A DNA stretch of 56,235 nt, the filler included, from Sphacelaria rigidula (lineage: Eukaryota): NCBI GenBank assembly GCA_964200075.2. It is 6 parts of 6 records of this genome, joined end to end, with 100 filler letters (N's around TTAATTAATTAA, not from the genome) between each part and the next. Parts side by side here need not be neighbours in the genome. Positions count along the whole stretch, not along the records: positions 46,948 to 56,235 come from CAXNAA020008836.1; 5 more parts are not named here. One strand, given 5' to 3'. A program made the position numbers and the translations under genes. Positions 48,243-56,235 of the stretch are shown here, in pieces. The notes under the pieces were generated by a model. The model was given only the letters and a program-made list of their open reading frames with translations. It did no database searches and was not told where the DNA came from. Every line of letters starts with the position of its first letter. Within the stretch, counting starts at the first letter, position 1.

Positions 48243-49249
48243 TATTCCCTTGATTGAGAATATTTCGCATATGCCCCATATCTTGGAAGCATGTTGGATA
48301 CAGGGTGTTTCACAACTTGCGGACAGGCATGAAATTATTATATCCATCACAATAGCTCTATCTCTCGAACCCGTGGTCACAGAGTGTGAGGAGCATACCA
48401 TCAATATATTCATAACCCAAACAGCCCGCAGAAGAAGGCAAGAAACAAAAACGTCTACACGAAAAAAAAGGGCACCCACGCTACGAAAGCGGAGGGTTAT
48501 ACTCCATGCACCCTTCATTTGCGAGCGGGAATATTCAAGAAATATTTACGGTAGTGACGTTATCTGTAAATGTTGAAAACGGGTAAGAGAGGAGGCGCAC
48601 GAGCAATATCCCTGGTATCTCTTGGCAGGGAAAAGGCCTTCGGCCTCGTGGTGTTCACGTGGCAACAGCCATAGAGTGCACATATTTGGGAAAACACGAC
48701 GCTGGTTCAAATGTTTATTATCTCAGAGTGACCCCAAACTTCACCCCGGTTACTGCCGGATACATTCCACTAGTGAATCGGCATACCTTTCATATATTTT
48801 TCAAGTGACTCTGATGCCGATTCCTGAACGGATAAACTCCGCCACGCTTACCGTCGGATACATCGCACTGGTGAATCGGCACAACTTTCAGGTATTTTCC
48901 AACTGACACCGATGCCGATTCCCAAACGGTCAAGACTCTTCCGAAACACACGGTCGAACACGCAGCCGCCGCTGGCCCAAGTTTTCCATCTCGGGAAGGG
49001 CAGCGCCCCCGGCTTGTTGATCCAAAACTCGCTTATGACTTGCACGCGCCGCCGGATGTTCTTTGTACGTGAAAGTCATCGTCTTCCTTACGCCCTCTAC
49101 TCCCTCTTTGCCCCCACGGCGAATCTCACAACCTGCAACACCATCTTGATCTCCTATGCCGCTGGACTCGGCGGACTTGTTCGTTCCTACGCGCACAGAA
49201 TCCAGCACTACTGCATCAGTTGAACTATTACACAACAACAGTTCAGACG

Positions 49250-49491
49250 AATCATCGCCGGTTCGAATCACCAAATGCACGATTTTTGACGCCTGATTGC
49301 TCGACCGAGAGAAGAATGTTGACCGCTGGTCAAAAAGGTCTCCACGCGATGTTGGCGCCATTCCACGTGCCTGGGTTGCGCGTACCTGGCACGGAACGCT
49401 GGAAACAAAGCCCAGCGATTGATTCATACTGTACGAATCAGTCACACTAAAATCAAGTAATTTCCGGACGAATCATTGATTCGTCCGACCC
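49250..49491 (-). mobile_element. AAGGGTCGGACAA-family repeat, inverted copy
   Basis: ...TACGAATCAGTCACACTAAAATCAAGTAATTTCCGGACGAATCATTGATTCGTCCGACCC matches the reverse complement of the 1810 copy. Confidence 0.75.
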
Positions 49492-50511
49492 GTGAACTAT
49501 TGCAAGAAAAATACTTTTCAGGCTCATTATTATCGACCATGTTTTTTCGGAGACCTCCAAAATTTTCGGGACTGGCAACAGTGCTTGATGAGTCTCGAGT
49601 GTGACGATCGCTAAGGCGTACACACAGGGCAGGTCTCCGCGGTTCTGTATTGTAGTCCGAATTAGCCAAACTTCTCCAAAAATGAAGCTTCGATGAAAAT
49701 ATTGTTTAAAAAAAAGTCAAGTCGCTTCGTGTTCGGAGAAATCTGAACGCAGTGTCCGAAAATTCCAAAAAGTCTAAAAAGTGCTGAAATCTCCGAAAAG
49801 ATATGGGGGGAGAGGAAGATGTGCCTTCTCTGCCTAATCTCAACGGCTTTGTCACCGAACGCCGAGTCCGCATACGAGCTCGGCCGGCCTATACGCGGAC
49901 TTGGGCTCTCAAACCAATGTATCATCGACACAGACGAGTTGGGGCGTGATCTGCATATCGTATTAATCGTCTGATCAAGGGAAAGGTACCCATTTGCTTA
50001 AAAGTCTGGGCCATCTTGTTCTCGTTGATTAAACCCCGCGTCTATAATAGTAATTCCTAAACCGCACGGAGATAGCGTCCATACTAGAGTCTATATGAAA
50101 CCCCAAACGATGTATACAGCGAATGATGACGATTTTTTGTGTGGACATTCCCTGGAGCACGGGGAAACGATCGGTACCCTCACCTTCGCTTAATTCGTCA
50201 TCCGTCTCGAGATATGGCGCACATAAGGTTCCGTACTAAAATCAATATATTACGAACAAAGGCGCTAAATACACTAGATCTGGATACCGCGTCTCAGTTT
50301 TGACAGGGGAATTTGAAATTTCGTATGGAGAATCGCCATCAACAGTGCGAAGTGAAGAATAAAACACATGTTTTTATTCATTGTATTCTTTGTTCATTTT
50401 TCTTCGGATCTTTAGGGGAGTTTCAAGGGAAAATGACAATGTTCTCGGACCTTATCTCAGTTTTCAGCTCGACTTTTTAGAATTGTTATGTAAAACCCAG
50501 GCCGTGTCTTG

Positions 50512-50695
50512 GGGCGTGTCTTGGCACATTAGTTTTCGATCGAAATTGTGCGGTGAAAAACGAAACCCCCGATCTGATATATATTTCAACCATCTTTAAA
50601 ATTAACGATGGTTGAGATCACGACCTATCATATCGGAGTTTTCCCTTTTCCGCCGCACATTTTCGATCGAAACATGAATGTGCTAAGACACGCCC
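50512..50695. mobile_element. Palindromic MITE (PIF/Harbinger-Tourist-like ends)
   Basis: GGGCGTGTCTTGGCACATT...TTTCGATCGAAA mirrored by TTTCGATCGAAACATGAATGTGCTAAGACACGCCC; flanks TTG/TTA. Confidence 0.78.
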
Positions 50696-50790
50696 TTAGC
50701 ATGGAGAATCGCAAAGGCATGCTGAAGAAAAAAATGGGCCTCCATTTTTTCAGAGAGATTTCAGGCGTTCTCGTGAAAAAATTGTCTCGA

Positions 50791-51230
50791 GGCTACTTCT
50801 CATGCATCAAAAAATGAATCTTGTTGAAAAGTGCATTGTTGGCCCTTCTCCGTCGTTTTTCCCCCGAAAGAAGGGCTAGGCGGATGCTGACACACCTGGG
50901 AATGACTTGTTCTACTCGCCGAGGCCGTTCCAGAACACCTCTGCGTTTTCCGTAGGTCACGGTTTCGTTTTTGGTGGGAAAAAAAACGTGGGTTTTCACC
51001 CTGTTTTCTGATAACTTGGCCGTTTGTTATTGAAAATGCAACTTTGGCCAAAAACGAAACTGTGACCTACGGGAAACGCAGAGGTGTTCTGGAACCGTCT
51101 CAGCGAGTAAAGCAAGTCATTCCAAGGTGTCAACGTCTGCCTAGCCCTCCTTTCGGGGGAAAAACGATGAAGAAGGGCAAAAATATACACTTTTCAACAA
51201 GATTCATTGTTTGATGCACGAGAGGTAGCC
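50791..51230. mobile_element. MITE with ~185-bp inverted arms
   Basis: GGCTACTTCTCATGCATCAAAAAATGAATCTTGTTGAAAAGTG ... CACTTTTCAACAAGATTCATTGTTTGATGCACGAGAGGTAGCC. Confidence 0.88.
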
Positions 51231-51523
51231 TTAGTATACTAGAACGCCGTAAAGCAGGGTAAAAAAAAACTAAATATCCAGCTGACTCACTTTTTTTGGT
51301 TCACTGTGCCCTAGCGAGGTCCCACACAATATTTTAAGATACAGGTACCATACTCGGGCCGGTGCGTAGCCTGCAAAGAACTGTTCCGAAATTCGCACGG
51401 CCTGGTTTTTGAAGGGCCCATTCGCAGCTCAATATTGAGACCCACTTTCATGGCAAGCACAAATCTCGATTTTTTCGAACATCGGGAGGGGAAAATCGGG
51501 GGACGCATTTAATCGACAAATTC

Positions 51524-51604
51524 GGGGAGTCACGATCTCGGAACGGTTTCCCCCGGGTTTTTTTTCGAAAATCGGGGGAAATCGTACCGAGATCGTGACT
51601 CCCC
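51524..51604. repeat. Hairpin with perfect 18-bp outer stem
   Basis: GGGGAGTCACGATCTCGG / CCGAGATCGTGACTCCCC; the stem extends imperfectly ~14 bp inward. Confidence 0.85.
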
Positions 51605-51645
51605 CTGATTTTTTTGAGATGATGTACGTTTGTTGATGTACCATG

Positions 51646-54110
51646 CTAGGGTACGAGGCGTTTGATATTTTTGCATCGGCAGCAGAAGACAGTCTCGTGA
51701 CAGCACAGGGCGTGCGTACTGCCGCCCCAGCTGCTGACGCAACTTCGCACGGGGTTTGACAAGCGGATAATAAGTGCTGACGCCTCACCCTGTGGCGATG
51801 GCAATGTTCTATGCTGCGCTGCGCTGCCATATGTATCATCACTATAACGAATGCTAGTGTATTCTCCTAGTTGTTGTCGCTGCACTTGAGGGGTGATATG
51901 CGGCAATGCACTGCTGAACTCTACTCGCGCACTGTTTGTTCTCCTTTCTGGCAATACCGGTTGTGTCATCATGTACTACCACACGGCATTATCATGTACT
52001 GTACTGATATGATGTCCTGCACATGATTACCCTAGGGTACTAAGATACGACACTGTACTCGAAGGATTATTCAACGCCTGCCTGCTCTTCGGCTTCATGG
52101 ACGAGTACGCAGTACCTCACGCAGGCAGAAAATGACCATTTGTGTGCAGAACCGTTTCACAAGTCTGTGATACTGTACTGTCTGTACCATGAAAAGATCA
52201 CCCCGATTGAGTCCACGAATTTGAGTCTCCCCGATTTTTTTTCAACAGGGTCCCAAAAACATCAAGATTCATCACCATCAAAGTGGGTCTTAAAGTTGAA
52301 CCCTAAAATTTTGTATGGACAAGGAATAGGGCATGATGAAGAAACACATATGTGAACCCAAAGTTTTTTTCTTCCATACGTTGAAGGCAATCATCAGTCT
52401 TCAGGCTTCAGTAAAATGCCGCTAAATCATGAAGAAAAAAAAAAGTTGGGTCCACGCATACGTTTTTTACAGTGCCATATTCAAAGATGTGTCGCTACTG
52501 ACTGGCGAAAAATGACCTAGCGTCAACTCATCTCACGTACTCACCGTCTATACCCTCGAGGCATTTGCGGAGCTGCTCTCGGTACACGCTCTCCGTCTCG
52601 AAGCGGGGCGGCGCTACATGCGTCTGCGGCTACACAACATGCAGAAAAGCGCGGGCGTCGTCTGCCCCCACGGCCTGTTCTACAGTTTCCCCCCCCCCTC
52701 AGCCCTTTCCCAACGTGAAACGAGGCATATCCGATGCGCGCCAGACTCAGAGGCAACTCCTGGTGCCTGTCTATCCATTTCGTCCATCGCTGCCTAGTCA
52801 GGGCAGAGAAACCCCGATCCTCGCTGAAGTTGGTGATGAAATGCTCTGCCTGCAGGAAAAGTACGACACAAGCAGCAATTACAATAAGCACGCATGTGGA
52901 GCAGGATCGACGGCTGCAGTAAACAAGCGCAGCAAGTGACGTTGTTCCCAAAACATGCATGTAGCACTGAAGCGACTCGGAGGAGGTACGCCCGGAGAAA
53001 TTGAGGGAGGCGCTTTTGGGGGGCTTCCAACATGATATTTCTTGGATGCGTGGGGTGTGCGAACGACAGCGCACGGGCACATCCAACCTCTACTGCATTG
53101 ACGAATGCGTAAACCTGTGACAAGTACCGTCGTCTACGAGCATTTGCAAGTGTTTCGGAGAGGTGCACGGCAACTCACCTCCACTGCCGTCAGAGTCGTT
53201 CGCATCCGCTGAAGCAACGCAGGGGAAAATGTCTCGTGATTTCGTCTCGACGTCTCCAGCCTCTCCAAAAGAAGTATCACGAAGTCCGGGACCTTCACGA
53301 AACGCATGAAGCGCATACCAGAAAACAGCCGCCGACCGACCCTTCCATTGCCTTTCAGAAAGTACCTTCCTTCGCCGCGGATCCGGTTGTACGCCCAGTT
53401 CAACAACAACTCTTCCAGCTGTGCTGCAAACATGACTAGAATTCGCATTGAAGGATCGCGGAGCACAATGAACGCTGATAGTGTCCAATACTGCCGAAGG
53501 GTGCTCTTGCTTGATGTCGCGCAGTGCGTAAATTAATCGCAGAAAATCTATTCTACCTGTGTTGTCATCGCTCATGTAGAAGCGCGCACCCCGAGAACAA
53601 CAATATATATATCGCGTCTTGACAGGTCACATGAACTTTTTCTTCCGGGCGGGCGACGGGTGCGGAGATTCCTCATGGGTCAATCTACCCAAACGCCTGA
53701 AAGATGCCTGCGATGTCCCCGTGCGACTTGTGTTGTACCGAACGACACCAACGGGGCAGAAGACATTATCTCTCCCCCACTCCTCATGCCATGAGCCCTT
53801 TACGAGATGAGCCATGAAGAAAACGTTGGTCACGCCAGCGGTGACTGCGATGTGCAGGACGTGAACCGTACACCCCAGACGATGAGCGTAGATGAGATCG
53901 TCTGGAGCCATATTTCACATGCAGAGGGAGTGGCCGTCGACCCGGCAACGGACTGGTGCAGGGGTGCTTTTTCGGACATGATATGCGGGTGTCTGTTTGT
54001 GATCTGCTGCCAGGGCGGTCACTGCCGGCGGCTGTGGGGAGGACAGCAGGATAAGATATCTGACATGTGTGTCGAAAGCCTGCTGCGCTTCCTTGCCCGC
54101 CAACCGGGCG
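51646..54110 (-). pseudogene. Degenerate intron-containing Mutator (MULE)-like transposase
   Basis: Ordered motifs: TALAADHKQTPAYHV; VDGHS...AHRLGCTVH (D..H...HRxCxxH); spliced exons ..TLTAVE|gtgagt (53179) and cag|AEHF..ETVEQ (52849-52545); then ITPQVQ..RSC..W....LCCH (SWIM-like). Stops and frameshifts present. Confidence 0.5.
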
Positions 54111-54984
54111 TATTATTCGCTTCTCTTCCGACCAGTCGGGCGGATCACTCGCATCTCATTGGTTTGTGCGATTTTTCATCAGGAAGATCCTACACATAAA
54201 AATGAAAAAAATGCTAGATGTTTTGGCCCCGATTAGTATAGCTAACTGTAGCGGATTTTGGCCATCCCGCCCGCCCGGCAAGGTCGGAGATGGATGGCAG
54301 AATGATGCCGCGATAGCGCCCCCCCTCCCCCCCCCGAACCAGCCCCAGAACTACCACGAAGAAAATGGCCATGAAGCGCATGAAACCTGGTTCAAGACTG
54401 CATGAGGCGCCTCATGCGGACGGCATTAACGAAAACGACTCAAGCGTGGGAGTTCCCAGTTGTTGGATGTGCTCGGGTTTCATCATTTTGATGCACATGT
54501 ACATTTTGCCCTCCCCAATTCAACCACTTTTCTTGGGGTGGAGGGGGGGGGGGGAGGGAGCTACTCATGATCTTGCATGCCATAGTCAAAAGACCATTGA
54601 TCTCGCATCCCTACAAACCCGGGACGGAGCACGCCGGGTTTTCGCCGGACGAGGTTCGCAATCAATCACCAAGCGCGAAGCGCCGTGGTGTGTGCGGCGA
54701 GTCGCGTAGCGTGAGGGTCAGCTGCATCCTGCTAAGATTGTTCAGCCCGAGGCCTACTGGTCAGCTTGCATTTGGATGACAGCCTCGAATGAGAGCTTTA
54801 TTTCCTAGTATTGACACTCCCAGGGTCAGCCACCTCTTATTCACTGCCTCATGGGTGTCTCACCATGGGGGGGGGGGGGCTATCGCGGCACCAGTCAGCA
54901 AAGGTTGAGCCTTGAGCTCGCGAGAAGAGGCTTAAAAGCCTACTCGCCATCGCAAGGAGTCCTGTCATGGTTTACCGCCATATC

Positions 54985-55320
54985 AAGAGGTCGGACAAAT
55001 AATGATTCATCTGATGATTGCTTTTCTGTGTAATTGACTCGCACCCATACGAATCAAATCCTTGGTTTTGTTTTTTAGCGTTGCACCCCGGCCGGGTACG
55101 CGCACCCCGGGCACGTGAAATGAATATCGCAAAAATTGGGCACAGTAGATATAGCTTTTTTTTCGATCCGTGGTTAACGTGTTTTTTTTCTTCTTCTCTT
55201 TTTCGAGCAATCAGGCCTCCGAAACAACCGTAGATTTGGTCATTCGAAACCAGCGATGAGCCGTTTTTCGTTTGATCGTTTTTTTTTCAAGTGCGAGACT
55301 CTTACGATGATTTGTTGGCC
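54985..55320 (+). mobile_element. AAGGGTCGGACAA-family repeat
   Basis: AAGAGGTCGGACAAATAATGATTC...TACGAATCAAATCC...AGCGTTGCACCC...GCAATCAGGCC aligns with 1810-2060. Confidence 0.75.
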
Positions 55321-55592
55321 GAAGAAAACTGAGCAGCCTGTCATACTGCCACACCGAGGAGAGTTCACCCCAGTTTGCCTCCAAACTGACGGTGGTCAAT
55401 ACATTTCAATCCTAACTCTTAACCTTGACCTCAACCCAAGGCACACCGAGAACCCTCGGGCAAGGTGGGTGCGAAGGATACCCTACTCGTAGTGTTGACT
55501 TCTTTCTCCCCCCGTGCTGTCTCCTTTGTCCGCCTGTGTGTCTGGCTGTTTGCCTCTTTTCTTGTCTAATTACTGTGATCATCCGCGAACAG

Positions 55593-55715
55593 GCACAAGA
55601 GCTGGCGAACCTGGTGAGAGAGAACATCGATGCCGATCCCAGGGGCCACAAGATCATTGTGTTTTTCACGACGGCCCGTCTAACGCAGTTCTACGCCGAG
55701 CTGTGCAACCTCATG
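55593..55715 (+). CDS. Single internal exon of a DEAD-box RNA helicase (Mss116/RH25-26-31-like; start of C-terminal RecA domain, motif IV)
   Basis: cag|AQELANLVRENIDADPRGHKIIVFFTTARLTQFYAELCNLM|gtgcgt; KIIVFFTTA is DEAD-box motif IV; CTAAT branch site upstream. Confidence 0.85.
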
Positions 55716-56235
55716 GTGCGTACATTCCGTTATTTATTTATTTATTTTTCTTTCTTGTAGATTTTGGTCATGATCCACACCTGGAGCTTGTTGTCGCTGC
55801 TGCGTGTCCTTTGTGCAGTCGTTGCTGTAGTTGTTCACGGCTGTTGAGTTTTCATGTCTCTCGTGCTGTCTCTATCTCTCCACATCTTTCTTTGTCAATC
55901 CACGATGAATTGTGATCGATGTACGCGGGTTTTTGCTTCGCGAAAGTTAGATGGAATAGATATGTCAACAGCTTGTTCTAGAGCAGTGAAACTTGGCGTG
56001 GTACATCACCCGATAGAGATGAAAAGGGAGGGGGATCGGCTGTCTGTACGTAGTTTGACACACATCAAATTGCTGTGTATACACACAGTATGTGTTCCTC
56101 GACTGTCCCTCGTATCGTCGCCGGCTTTTTTTTTTTCTTCACTGTTTTTCTCTTTTTTTTTTTTTTATTTGTCCCAAAAATAAATTTTTTACCAAATCAT
56201 CCTTCTTTTTTCACAGCTTTTTCAAACATCACTTT

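Noticed and set aside
45089..55715. Joining FANCE and helicase exons, or any genes, across gaps into one gene or cluster
   Set aside because: Contigs are concatenated by size; adjacency is meaningless.

Overview
Eukaryotic, intron-rich, TE-dense DNA (~50% GC). Gene style and repeat families point to a brown alga (Phaeophyceae); this is an inference. The window is not one locus. It is six unrelated contigs of 9290, 9290, 9289, 9289, 9289 and 9288 bp, sorted by length and joined by identical 100-bp N/TTAATTAATTAA linkers, so no synteny can be read across gaps. Contig 1: six internal exons of a protein made of ~100-aa IPT/TIG-like beta repeats. Contig 2: 3' part of a gene for a long Ala/Glu-rich helical protein ending in a polybasic stretch and CaaX box (CSVM), plus a tRNA-derived SINE and a foldback element. 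Contig 3: intronless F-box-like + 8x27-aa 'GCPW' ankyrin gene of giant-virus style. Contig 4: a head-to-head inverted pair of paralogous Gly/Asp/Ser-rich repeat ORFs. Contig 5: a FANCE-like gene with a LINE and a nested hAT-like MITE in its intron, and a possible Crypton relic. Contig 6: a deleted pogo/Tigger element with a PHD-like N-terminus, a degenerate spliced MULE transposase, several palindromic MITEs and one DEAD-box helicase exon. The best candidates for something new are the CaaX helical protein, the inverted repeat-protein pair and the virus-like ankyrin gene. No database searches were possible; family calls come from motif recognition by eye.
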